Shown: positions 47,875 to 57,934 of the stretch, piece after piece
Layout: every line of letters begins with the position of its first letter
How positions within the stretch are numbered: the stretch's first letter is position 1
Source of the DNA: an uncultured Acidimicrobiaceae bacterium
GTDB lineage: Bacteria; Actinomycetota; Acidimicrobiia; Acidimicrobiales; RAAP-2
Length of the DNA stretch: 64,000 bases
Reading direction: 5' to 3'
Assembly (NCBI GenBank): GCA_963725895.1
Contig: CAVSAJ010000004.1
Coordinates: 117,244-181,243, forward strand
Position numbers and translations under genes: made by a program
Notes under the pieces: generated by a model
Databases searched by the model: none
The model's input: only the letters and a program-made list of their open reading frames with translations
What the model was told of the DNA's origin: nothing

Positions 47875-49700
47875 ATGAACGACGCAGTGCGGAAAACGGG
47901 GGACGCCATGACGACCACAGCAACGGCGGCAGCGATTCCCGAGCGCCGGGGGCTCGCCAACGCCCTCTGGCGACGGCAGCTCTACAAGTATCCGGATACC
48001 TTGCCGCGGCTGGGGTACCTGGCGATCGTCGTGCTCACGACGATCATGCTCTACTACCTCTACTACGTGGAGGGGGCGGTCACGCCGCTGATGCTGCCCT
48101 ACTACCACATGTCCTTCCAGTTCTTCTTGTACCTCCTGGTCGTGTCGAACGCGATCGGCGCGTTCAGCGCGTTCATCGGCGGACTCTCCGACAAGATCGG
48201 TCGGGCCAACCTCACGATCTACGGGACGTTGCTGGTGGCGCTGATTCAGCTCTTCGCCATCCCCCACATCCATGACAAGTACGGGTTCGCCGCGTCCTAC
48301 TGCGTGATCGGCTTCGTCGAAGGCGTGATCCTCGTGTCCACCCCGGCCCTGATGCGCGACTTCTCGCCTCAGATGGGGCGCGGCGTTGCCATGGGCTTCT
48401 GGGCGTTGGGGCCGACAATGGGAGCGCTGTGCGCCAGCCTGGTGGCGACGCACACGCTCGACCACCTCGAACCGTGGCAGGACCAGTTCATCATCTCTGG
48501 CATCGTCTGCATGTGCGTGGTGGTGATCTCGTTCTTGTTCTTGCGCGAGCTCTCGCCGCAACTGCGCGACCAGCTGATGGTGACCGAGCGAGAACGTGCG
48601 CTGGTCGAGGCGCGAGCAAAGGGGATCGACGTCGAGGCGGCGACCGCGCACCCGATCCGCTCGATGCTGCGGCTCGACCTGATCGCCTCGTCGATAGCCA
48701 TCTCGGTCTTCCTGCTCTTCTATTACGCGTCGGTGAGCGTGTTGACCATCTACTGGGTGGTGACGTTCAACCGGACCACACCCCAGGCCAACGGGATCAA
48801 CGTGTGGCTGGCGGGGTTCCTCTCGCTCGGGTCTGGTCATCGCCGGCGTGCTGTCGGACTGGGCGAAGGTGCGCAAGCCGTTCATGCTCTTCGGGGCTGT
48901 CTGCGCGATGGTGATGATGGTCTTCCTCATCAAGCAGACCGACCATCCCCACACCGGGTACTACTCCAACGTCTTGGTGATCGTGCTCCTCGCCGTCTCC
49001 ATCGCCCTGGCCTATGCGCCGTGGATGGCGAACTACACCGAGCAGGTCGAGGACCACAACCCGGCACTGACGGCTACCGGCCTGGCCATCTGGGGCTGGA
49101 TCCTGCGAATCACCGTCGCCCTCTCTTTCCTCGTGCTGCCCTACGTGATCACCACCTCGACGGTGCTCGTCGACAACCAGAACGCGGGCGCCACGCTGCA
49201 GACGATCCAGGCCGCACAGCCCTACGCACCGAACACGTCCACTTTGAAGTGCAGCACGACACCGGCCCCGGCCTCGGTCATCGCCAACCTGCGCACGACG
49301 CGCTGAGGCAGCGACCCGAGCTCGACACCCTCGCCACCATCCTGCAAGACTGCAACAGCACCCACAACCTGATCAAGGCGCTCACGGCCGCCGGCGGCCT
49401 CACGAATCCCCACGTGCTGGGCCTGAACGCCTTCAACCCGCTCGCCCTGGACATTCAGAACGGCAAGCCGGTGAGCGCCGGCCAAGATCGCTGGGGTGGC
49501 CAAGTATTCGCCGAACCTCGCCAACCTCTTGCTGGCGGAGCAGAAGCTGGTGCCGGCACAGAAGACGTCGCCGGGGGAGTGGAAGCGCTGGTGGACGGTC
49601 TGTCTCGCCGGCATGTTCGTCTTCGCCGTCCTCGTCTTCTTCATGCGCGGCCGCTGGAGCCCGCGCGCGGCCCGGCGCGACCTCGCCAGCGCACGACGCA
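47875..49700 (+). pseudogene. MFS transporter-like gene interrupted by at least 3 frameshifts, with no in-frame stop before mmsA
   Basis: TM-rich translation continues across frames. Frame 1 runs to ~48830 (..NVWLAGFLSL). Frame 2 covers 48830-49306 (GLVIAGVLSDWAKVRKPFMLFG..). Frame 1 covers ~49307-49478 (ELDTLATILQDCNSTHNLIKAL..). Frame 2 runs from ~49478 (AKIAGVAKYSPNL..WWTVCLAGMFVFAVLVFFM). Confidence 0.6.
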
Positions 49701-49779
49701 ATGGTCTCCGAAGAGTTGGCCAAGCTCGCGGCGCAGGAGCCGGCACCCGTCTCCTGCAGCGAGGTGGCAGGATCGGACC

Positions 49780-51263
49780 ATGCGAGAGCTCGAGCATTGG
49801 GTCGGAGGCAAGTCCGTGCGGGGTTCCTCGGAGCGGACCGGACCCGTCTACGACCCTGCCCGCGGGGTGCAGACGGGCATCGTCCCGCTGGCATCGGCGA
49901 GCGAGGTGGACGCTGTCGTTGTCGCGGCGGGCGAGGCTGCGGCCGACTGGGCGGCGGGCTCGCTCAGCTCGCGGGCGGCCGTCCTGTTCCGCTTCAGCGA
50001 CCTGGTGGCAACCGCCGCGCCGGACCTGGCGGCCGCCGTGACGGCCGAACACGGCAAGGTGCTGAGCGACGCAGCGGGCGAAGTGGCGCGGGGGCTCGAC
50101 AACATCGAGTTCGCCTGCGGCATCCCGCATCTGCTGAAGGGGTCGCACTCGACCGAGGTCTCGGGCGGCGTCGACGTCCATACCATCCTCGAGCCGCTCG
50201 GCGTGGTGGCCGGAATCACTCCGTTCAACTTTCCCGTCATGGTCCCGCTCTGGATGATGGCCAACGCCATCGCGTGCGGGAACGCGTTCGTGCTCAAGCC
50301 CTCGGAGAAGGACCCGTCCCCCTCGCTCGTTCTGGCCGAGCTGGCCAAGGAGGCGGGCGTGCCCGACGGCGTCCTCAACGTGGTGCACGGCGATGCCGTC
50401 GCAGTGGACGCGCTGCTCGAACACCCCGGCGTGGCGGCCGTGTCCTTCGTGGGCAGCACGCCGATCGCCCGCCACGTCTACGAGAACGGGGGCCCGCCAC
50501 GGCAAGCGGGTCCAGGCCCTCGGCGGGGCGAAGAACCACATGGTGGTCCTCCCCGACGCCGACGTCGGCGCGGCAGCGGACGCCGCCGTCTCCGCCGGCT
50601 TCGGGTCAGCGGGTGAGCGCTGCATGGCCGTCTCGGTCGTCGTCGCCGTGGGTGCGGTCGGCGACCAGCTGGTCGAGGCGATCGCGGCGCGGATGCCGTC
50701 GGTGGTCATCGGCCCCGGGACCGATCCCGAGTCGCAGATGGGACCCGCTCGTCACCGCCGAGCACCGCGACCGCGTGCGCGCCTACGTCGACGGCTCTGC
50801 GGCTGAGGGTGCCAGGCTCGTCGTGGACGGGCGAGGCGAGTGGCCCGAAGGCTTCTTCCTCGGCTGCACCCTGCTCGACGGGGTCCGGCCCGGCATGCGG
50901 GTCTACGACGACGAGATCTTCGGTCCCGTCCTGAGCGTCGTCCGGGTCGGCACTTACGAGGAGGCCGTCGCGCTGGTGAACGAGAGCCCGTACGGGAACG
51001 GCTCGGCGATCTTCACCCGCGACGGTGGCGCCGCGCGGCGGTTCCAGCGGGAGGTGACGGCGGGCATGGTCGGGGTCAATGTGGCCATCCCCGTCCCCGT
51101 GGGCTTCCATTCCTTCGGTGGCTGGAAGTCCTCGCTCTTCGGCGACGCCGCCATGTACGGGCCCGAGGGCATCCGCTTCTACACCCGGCCCAAGGTGGTC
51201 ACGACCCGCTGGCCTGACCCCTCCACCAGCGAGATCGACCTCGGCTTCCCCCGGACCCGCTGA
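49780..51263 (+). pseudogene. mmsA: CoA-acylating methylmalonate-semialdehyde dehydrogenase, with two +1 frameshifts
   Basis: [63 protein letters not shown] and FGGWKSSLFGD motifs are present. The sequence is readable only by switching frame at the G5 run 50488-50492 and at CCC 50744-50746. Confidence 0.8.
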
Positions 51264-51311
51264 CCCCCTGACCTGGGCGGATCCCCAGATAGGCACGGCC
51301 GTAGCACTCCC

Positions 51312-51358
51312 CGTAGGGTAAAATCGAAATCGAGGTCAAAATCGAAGTCGACCCTACG
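51312..51358. promoter_or_regulatory. 8-bp stem (CGTAGGGT/ACCCTACG) enclosing a 31-nt AT-rich loop with two AAAATCGAA repeats
   Basis: Seen directly. It lies between the mmsA stop (51263) and the amidohydrolase start (51379), 20 nt upstream of that gene's GGGAGG RBS. Confidence 0.45.
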
Positions 51359-51378
51359 ACCGAGCCTGGGAGGCACGG

Positions 51379-52548
51379 ATGGCGCTGGCACTTGAGGGGT
51401 TACGGGTGGTCGATGCGGACACCCACCTGACCGAGGCCCATGACCTGTGGACCAAGCGTGCCCCGGCCAAGTACAAGGATCGTGTCCCCCACGTGGTCGA
51501 GGTCGACGGCAAGCCGATGTGGTATGTCGACGGTGCCGAGCTCGGCTTCGCCGGCGGTGGCGGGGTGATCGACCGCGACGGTGGCAAGGGCCGCGCCGCG
51601 GAGGCGCTCTTCGAGTGGACCCAGGAGAAGATCCATCGCGGCGCCTTCGACGTCCGGGCACGCATCGAGGTCATGGACGACTCGGGGGTCTACGCGCAGG
51701 TCTGCTTCCCCAACTCCATCGGGCTCGGGAGGCCAGGGCATCTCCGACGTCGTCAAGGATCCCGTGCTCCGGCTCTTGTGCCTGCAGATCTACAACGACG
51801 CCGCCGCCGAGGTTCAGGCAGACTCCGGTGGGCGCCTCCTCCCCATCCCGGTGCTACCGGCATGGGACGTGGACGCTGCGGTGACGGAGGCCAAGCGGGC
51901 CGCCTCGATGGACCTGCGCGGCGTCAACATCACCTCGGACCCCAACGACGTGGGCGGCCCGGACCTGGCCAACCGCGCCTGGGACCCGCTGTGGGAGGTG
52001 TGCGCCGACCTCAAGCTTCCGGTGCACTTCCACATCGGGGCCAGCCTGACGACGATGACCTATTTCGGCACCTATCCCTGGGAGTCCCAGGACGAGGACA
52101 CCAAGCTCGCCATCGGCGGGACGCTGCTCTTCATCGGCAACGCTCGCGTCGTGACCAACATCATCCTGAGCGGCATGCTCGACCGACACCCCGACCTCAA
52201 GATGGTCTCGGTCGAGAGCGGGGTCGGCTGGGTCCCCTTCATCCTCGAGGCACTCGACTACGAGATGGCGGAGAACGCGCCCAAGCAACTCGAGGCCTTG
52301 GAGATGCTTCCCTCTGAGTACTTCCGCCGGAACCTCTACGCCACGTTCTGGTTCGAGAAGAACAACCTGCCGGACGCTCGATCGACGCGGTCGGGGCGGA
52401 CAGCATCCTCTTCGAGACCGACTTCCCTCACCCGACGTGTTTGTACCCCAAGCCCCTCGACACGGTCGCCGAGAAGATGTCGACCCTCTCCCCCGAGGTG
52501 CAACGCAAGATCCTGGGGGAGAACGCCCAGAAGCTCTACCGGCTCTAA
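51379..52548 (+). pseudogene. Amidohydrolase-2 (metal-dependent hydrolase) family gene, with a +1 / -1 frameshift pair
   Basis: VVDADTHLTE N-terminus, an internal stretch LPVHFHIG...GGTLLFIGNARVVTNIILSGMLDRHPDLKMV, and C-terminus DSILFETDFPHPTC...KILGENAQKLYRL-TAA(52546-52548). The middle 645 nt are in a different frame from both ends (shifts near 51730 and 52370-52380). Confidence 0.75.
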
Positions 52549-52566
52549 GGGAGAGCCGGGGTCGAC

Positions 52567-53040
52567 GTGAGCACGGGCGCCGATCCAGACCCGGGGACGC
52601 TCGTCGCCGATCGACTGGCCATCTCGGACCTCGTGCACGCCTACGCGCAGTGCGTCGACCGGCGTGACGCCGATGCGGTTGCCCGACTCTTCACCGAGGA
52701 CGGCACCTTCGTCGCCTACGCCACGCCTGGTGGCGCCGCGGAGCCAGCCAGTCGGAGCACGGGGCGGGCCCAGATCGCCAGGGCGATCGACACGGCCCGG
52801 TACTACCGGCAGACCACACACACCATCGGGAACCACCTGGCCACGGTGAACGGTGACCGCGCCACGGGCGAGACCCGGTGCGTCGCCTACCACGTACTCG
52901 GCGACGAGGGAACCGAGACACTGATGGTGTGGCACATCCGCTATCTCGACGCGTACGTCCGCCGCCCCGAGGGATGGCGGATCCATGAGCGGGTGCTGCG
53001 CGTCGACCTCATCAGCGACCAACCGCTGCGCGCGGGCTGA
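52567..53040 (+). CDS. SnoaL-like / NTF2-fold protein
   Basis: LAISDLVHAYAQCVDRRDADAVARLFTEDGTF...HTIGNHLATVNGDRATGETRCVAYH is typical of SnoaL_4-type proteins. Confidence 0.7.
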   Translation: MSTGADPDPGTLVADRLAISDLVHAYAQCVDRRDADAVARLFTEDGTFVAYATPGGAAEPASRSTGRAQIARAIDTARYYRQTTHTIGNHLATVNGDRATGETRCVAYHVLGDEGTETLMVWHIRYLDAYVRRPEGWRIHERVLRVDLISDQPLRAG

Positions 53041-53042
53041 GG

Positions 53043-53978
53043 TCAGGGCGGTGGGGTGACGCCTGTGCGCCGGGCGATCTGACGGAGCTCGTCACGGGCC
53101 TCCTCCAGGCTCGCCGAGCCCAGGTTCAGCACCACCCGGCGCGCCCCGAGCGCGGCGGCCTGCTCGAGAGTGGAGCGGTCGACGGTTGCCGACGTCGTCA
53201 CCCCGCTCAGGGTCACGTCGATGGCCGCGGGGTCGCGACCGGCCGCGGTCGCCTCGTCGGCGAGGAGGCGTAGTGCGGCGGCCAGACGATCGCCCCTGAG
53301 CCCGAGGGACAGCCATCCGTCGCCGCGTCGCGTGGCCCGACGAATGGCGGCAGGAGTCGTCCCGCCCACCTCGATCGGCACACCACCGGCCCGGGCGGGT
53401 CGGGGGAACGACTGCACGCCGCTGAAGGAGAAGTGGCGCCCATCGAACTGCGCGCCCCGGTGCGGGTCGGCGCGCCACAGTGCGCGGATCGCGTCGATCG
53501 CCTCGTCCGCGCGCGCACCCCGGCCGGCGAAGTCGACGCCACCGGCCTCGAGCTCCTCGCGTAACCATCCCAGGCCGACCCCGAGCCGGAGCCGGCCCCC
53601 GGACAACCGGTCGACCGTGGCCGCACGCTTCGCCAGGACGAGCGGGCTGTGCAGTGGCAAGACGAGGAGACCGGTGGCGAGCCCGAGGGTCGTCGTGACG
53701 CCGGCCACGTACGCGAGGGTGTCGAGCGGATCGGGGATCACGCAGTCGTCGGGGAGCGGGACGCGTCCGGACCTCGAGTAGGGGTACCTGCTGGTGTAGT
53801 CGACGGCGAGCACCACGTGTTCGGGAAGGACCAGCGACTCGAAGCCGAGTCGCTCCGCGTCCCGGGCGAATGGCGCGATCCAATCGGGATCGGCGAAGTC
53901 GGCCGCTCCCACGGGGGGAATCACGGCCAGAGCCGCAACCGGCTTCGCTCCTGAGCCCGTCGGCACCAACGCGACCAT
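53043..53978 (-). CDS. LLM-class (luciferase-like) F420-dependent oxidoreductase
   Basis: FESLVLPEHVV, VAGVTTTLGLATGLLVLPLHSPLVLAKRAATVDRLSGGRLRLGVGLGW and EAIDAIRALW. Confidence 0.8.
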   Translation of the reverse strand: MVALVPTGSGAKPVAALAVIPPVGAADFADPDWIAPFARDAERLGFESLVLPEHVVLAVDYTSRYPYSRSGRVPLPDDCVIPDPLDTLAYVAGVTTTLGLATGLLVLPLHSPLVLAKRAATVDRLSGGRLRLGVGLGWLREELEAGGVDFAGRGARADEAIDAIRALWRADPHRGAQFDGRHFSFSGVQSFPRPARAGGVPIEVGGTTPAAIRRATRRGDGWLSLGLRGDRLAAALRLLADEATAAGRDPAAIDVTLSGVTTSATVDRSTLEQAAALGARRVVLNLGSASLEEARDELRQIARRTGVTPPP

Positions 53979-54125
53979 GACCGCTCATCTTGGCCGACCA
54001 CGCACGTCGGGTCTCGTGATGGCCCGGCGGCATCGCAGGTCCAGGCGCTCAGGCGACGACGCCATAGGGTTGGCCGGTACGAGTGCACGGCGGTCACGAG
54101 CTGGCCACAGGACGCGGAGGACGGT

Positions 54126-54635
54126 GTGGGGGAAAGTCCGGTGGGTGAGGACGCGCAGCTCTGGATCGACAAGCAGAAGCTGGCGGAATTGATCGCCCTG
54201 CTCTCGTCTGCCGTCGACCGCGCCGATCGGGAGCGGATTGCCTCGTGCTACACCGAAGACTCTTTCGACGACCACGGCACCTTCAAGGGAACCGGTCAGC
54301 AATTCGCCGACTTCGTGTGTCGCGCCGGTCCGATGAGCTCGATGCACCACCTGCTCGGGCAGTCGATCTTCGACATTGAAGGTGACGAGGCCTGGGGAGA
54401 GACGTTCTATGTCTTCCACGGCACCGCCGGCACCGCCCAGGTCGCCGGTCATGGCCGCTACGTGGACCACTTCCGTCGGGTCGGCGGCAGCTGGAAGTTG
54501 GCATACCGCCGCGTGGTGCCGGATGCGGTACCGGCGGGGGACGACCCGTTGGCGTACCAGCAGGCACGGCGCGACCGGGACGATCCGAGCTATGACAGGC
54601 GGCGGCGGGACCCGAACCCACGACTTCAGCCGTGA
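54126..54635 (+). CDS. SnoaL-like / NTF2-fold protein
   Basis: LAELIALLSSAVDRADRERIASCYTEDSFDDHG...HHLLGQSIFDIEGDEAWGETFYVFH...GRYVDHFRRVGGSWKLAYRR. Confidence 0.7.
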   Translation: MGESPVGEDAQLWIDKQKLAELIALLSSAVDRADRERIASCYTEDSFDDHGTFKGTGQQFADFVCRAGPMSSMHHLLGQSIFDIEGDEAWGETFYVFHGTAGTAQVAGHGRYVDHFRRVGGSWKLAYRRVVPDAVPAGDDPLAYQQARRDRDDPSYDRRRRDPNPRLQP

Positions 54636-54826
54636 AGGTGAGGTCGTGCCGTCATTCGACCAGGACGAATTGGAAGCGGGAAGGGAACGCGGATGGAAGC
54701 GGTCCCCGAACACCTCCCAACGGCCCTGTGTCCAGATCACCCGTTACCTGGGTTGCCGATCAGCCGTTCTCAATCTGGGATATGTCGGCCCTGACCGAGC
54801 ATGCAGGAGTGGGCGCTGCGCTCGAG

Positions 54827-54910
<84 letters not shown>

Positions 54911-55045
54911 GAGTGACCGGCCAACAGTAGTCCCTGCGTCCGCAGCCCAGGTTTGGCGACGGCCGTGCGTGTGGGCATAGGTGACCAGGTCAGACGCTTG
55001 CCAGATCCCAGTTGAAGGCAGGGGACCGGTAATCTCTTGGAAACC

Positions 55046-55702
55046 ATGGGACTCCAGCAGTTTGAGGAGCGCCTCGAGCGTCTGGTGGAGGGAACGTTGG
55101 CCAAGCCGTTTCGAAGCAATCTGCAGCCGGTCGAGATAGGCCGGCGGCTGACGCGCGAGATGGACCTCCACCGTCGAGTGGGGGTGCGCGGCCTCATCGC
55201 GCCTAACTCGTTCGCCGTGACCCTTGCGCCGGCGGATGTGAGCCGCTTCGCCAACTTCATCGACGCGCTGTCCCGCGAGCTCGCGGATGCCGCTCGGGAG
55301 CACGCCAAGATCGAGGGCTACTCCTTCGTGGGTCCCGTCGAGGTGGAGATCTTCGAGGGGTCCAATTTGAAGGCGGGCCGCTTCACCGTGACGGCCGAGG
55401 TGCACGAGAGTGAGGATGGCGGGTTCCTTGCCGAGCTGGTCCTGCCCGACGGCAGGCGGGTCAGCGTTGGTTCAGAACCCCTGGTCATCGGACGCCTCCC
55501 TGAATGCGGCGTCGTGCTGCCCGACTCCAACGTGAGCCGGCGCCACGCCGAGCTGCGGCGCAAGGATGACGGCGTGTTCGTCATCGACCTGGGGTCGACC
55601 AACGGCACCCGGGTCAACGGCGCCCCGGTTCGGGAGCAGCTTCTCGCCAGCGGTGACGAAGTCAGCGTGGGCTCGACGAAGCTGATCTTCGAAATGTCGT
55701 GA
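55046..55702 (+). CDS. fhaA: FhaA (DUF3662 N-terminal domain plus C-terminal FHA domain)
   Basis: MGLQQFEERLERLVEG...QPVEIGRRL. The FHA region is VIGRLPECGVVLPDSNVSRRHAELRRKDDGVFVIDLGSTNGTRVNG. Confidence 0.85.
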   Translation: MGLQQFEERLERLVEGTLAKPFRSNLQPVEIGRRLTREMDLHRRVGVRGLIAPNSFAVTLAPADVSRFANFIDALSRELADAAREHAKIEGYSFVGPVEVEIFEGSNLKAGRFTVTAEVHESEDGGFLAELVLPDGRRVSVGSEPLVIGRLPECGVVLPDSNVSRRHAELRRKDDGVFVIDLGSTNGTRVNGAPVREQLLASGDEVSVGSTKLIFEMS

Positions 55703-56235
55703 CGGGAAGCTCGGTGGCGGTCCTCCTCGCCACGCAAAATCTCAACGCCGTCCTCCGGGTCTTGCAATGGGGAGTCATCGTCCTGATCTTCCTCTTCTTT
55801 CTGCGCGTGATCCGCGCGGTGTGGGTCGAGATGAGCCCCGCAACCGTGCGCAAGACCCGTTCGGAGCGCCGACACGAGCGTCGGCAGGAGCGGGCGACGG
55901 CACGCCCGGCCGCGGAAGAGCGTCCGAAGCAGAGCCGGCGTCGCCAGCTCTACTTGAAGGTGGTGCAGCCTGAAGGCCACGCGGGCCGCACGTACGACCT
56001 CGATGACGAGTTGACCATTGGGCGCTCGCCCGGCTGCGGCGTCGCCATGCCCGAGGACATTTACACCTCGACGCTCCACGCTCGGCTGTTCCGGCGCAAC
56101 GACCAGCTCTGGGTGGAGGACCTCGGCTCGACCAACGGCACCTACGTGAATTCCGAACAGATCAAGCAGGCCGTACGCCTGGGCAAGGGCGACCTGCTTC
56201 AGATCGGCTCGACTGTCTTCGAGGTCTCTCGGTGA
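55699..56235 (+). CDS. fhaB: FhaB/FipA (membrane-anchored FHA-domain protein)
   Basis: N-terminal TM LQWGVIVLIFLFFLRVI. The FHA region is TIGRSPGCGVAMPEDIYTSTLHARLFRRNDQLWVEDLGSTNGTYVN. Confidence 0.85.
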   Translation: MTGSSVAVLLATQNLNAVLRVLQWGVIVLIFLFFLRVIRAVWVEMSPATVRKTRSERRHERRQERATARPAAEERPKQSRRRQLYLKVVQPEGHAGRTYDLDDELTIGRSPGCGVAMPEDIYTSTLHARLFRRNDQLWVEDLGSTNGTYVNSEQIKQAVRLGKGDLLQIGSTVFEVSR

Positions 56236-57881
56236 CCGTGTTGCGATCGGGGTCGGCAACCGACGTCGGCCGCATCCGCACCGTCAACCAGGACCTACCG
56301 CTCGAGCGTCCAAACCTCTACGCCGTGGCCGATGGCATGGGTGGCCACGTCGGGGGCGAGGTCGCGGCCCGTGTGGCGGTCGAGACATTGGTCCGGGTCT
56401 TCGAGCACGCCCCCACCGTGGACGGTTTGCGCGCCGCGTTCACCGAGGCGAACAACGCGGTCTGGCAGGAGAGCCAGGTGAACACCGACCTGCGTGGCAT
56501 GGGGACGACGCTCACCGCCATGGCCCTCGTCGGAGGGACGGACGGCAAGGACGTGCTGGCGCTGGGCAACGTGGGCGACTCCCGCGCGTACCTGTACTCC
56601 GACGGCGAGTTGTCTCAGGTCACCGCCGACCACAGCCTGGCCGAGGAGCGAATGCGCAACGGCGAGATGACCGAGGAGGAGGCAGCGGTTCATCCCCAGC
56701 GCCACATCCTTACGCGGGCCCTCGGGGTGACCTCCGAGGTGGCCGCGGACATGTGGGAGCTCGAGCTGCGCACCGGTGACCGGGTGTTGCTCTGTTCCGA
56801 TGGCCTGACCAACGAGGTGAGCACCGAGGAGATGGCGGCGATCCTGGGGGAGGTCGAAGATCCAGACGAGGCGGCGCGCCGTCTCGTCGATGTGGCCAAC
56901 GAGCACGGGGGAGCCGACAACATCACCGTCGTCGTCGTCGACGTCCAAGTCGGTGAGGACGATGACGGCACCAAGTCGAAGGTGATGCCCCTGGCGCTCG
57001 AGGCAGCGTCGGTCGCCGTTGGGGCGGCGGGTGCAGCCGGCACCACACCTGTGGCGGGAGCGGCGGGGGACCCGGCGGGGGGAGCGACGGCGAGCGACCC
57101 GGCGGGGGGGAGCGACCCGGCGGGGGGGAGCGACCCGGCGGCAGCGACTCCTGGCGCACCCACTGGCTCACCCGCCAGTCCCGAGAGCAGGAGCGACGCG
57201 ACGGCAGTGCTGCCCGCGTTCAGGCCCGACGACACGTTGGCGCCCGGTTCTCGTCTCGGCTTCGGCGCCGAGCCACTGTCGCTCGCTGAGACCGGTCCGC
57301 GCAGCGACGAGTTTTTTCTGGGCACCGCGACGGCTGTCCCCGTGGCCCGGTCCACCACACGGGTCCCGCCGCCACCTGTGGCCCGCCCGGCGGGCGGCGC
57401 CGAGCCACCCGGGAAGGAGAGCCGGGGTGCACGCCGACGCCGGCTGGGCATCCCGCGGCGGATCACCTTTCGGGTCGTCGGGTTCGTGTTGCTGATCGCC
57501 GCGGTGCCCGTCGCCGCGTACTTCGTGCTGCGCTGGTACGCCTACGACAACTGGATCGTGACCACCCAGGGCCAGCAGATCGTGGTGAAGCAGGGTCAGC
57601 CCGGCGGAGTGCTCTGGTTCCACCCCAAGGTCGTCGACCGCACGGGTCACACGCTGAGCGAGGTCTTGCCCGACGCTGCGGCCGCCGTGCACAGCGGCGT
57701 GCAAGAAGGTTCCCTGGCGAAGGCCCAGAACTACGTGACGCAGATCGTCAGCGCCGCGACCGTCGCGACGTCCACCACCACCACCACCACCACCACGACC
57801 ACGACGACGACGCTCGTGCCTGGCGCGGCGGGCTCGACGTCCTCGACCTCGACGACGACCACGACCGGGGGTACGACGTGA
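56232..57881 (+). CDS. pstP: PP2C-family Ser/Thr phosphatase PstP with TM and extracytoplasmic C-terminal region
   Basis: SATDVGRIRTVNQD, AVADGMGGHVGGEVA, CSDGLTN and HGGADNITVVVVD. The TM is VVGFVLLIAAVPVAAYFVL. A poly-Thr tract lies near the C-terminus. Confidence 0.9.
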   Translation: MTVLRSGSATDVGRIRTVNQDLPLERPNLYAVADGMGGHVGGEVAARVAVETLVRVFEHAPTVDGLRAAFTEANNAVWQESQVNTDLRGMGTTLTAMALVGGTDGKDVLALGNVGDSRAYLYSDGELSQVTADHSLAEERMRNGEMTEEEAAVHPQRHILTRALGVTSEVAADMWELELRTGDRVLLCSDGLTNEVSTEEMAAILGEVEDPDEAARRLVDVANEHGGADNITVVVVDVQVGEDDDGTKSKVMPLALEAASVAVGAAGAAGTTPVAGAAGDPAGGATASDPAGGSDPAGGSDPAAATPGAPTGSPASPESRSDATAVLPAFRPDDTLAPGSRLGFGAEPLSLAETGPRSDEFFLGTATAVPVARSTTRVPPPPVARPAGGAEPPGKESRGARRRRLGIPRRITFRVVGFVLLIAAVPVAAYFVLRWYAYDNWIVTTQGQQIVVKQGQPGGVLWFHPKVVDRTGHTLSEVLPDAAAAVHSGVQEGSLAKAQNYVTQIVSAATVATSTTTTTTTTTTTTTLVPGAAGSTSSTSTTTTTGGTT

Positions 57882-57934
57882 ACGAAGCGCCCAGCCCCAT
57901 TCTCCGAAGTCGACCAGCGTAGGCTCAGGACGCC

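Noticed and set aside
47854-50616. A 920-aa uninterrupted ORF that could be read as a giant transporter-dehydrogenase fusion protein
   Set aside because: Only its first ~325 aa (MFS) and last ~235 aa (MmsA N-terminal half) look like protein. The middle ~320 aa are Arg/Pro/Gly-rich nonsense, while the real continuations are readable in the other frames. The long ORF is a by-product of stop-codon scarcity in high-GC DNA plus frameshifts.
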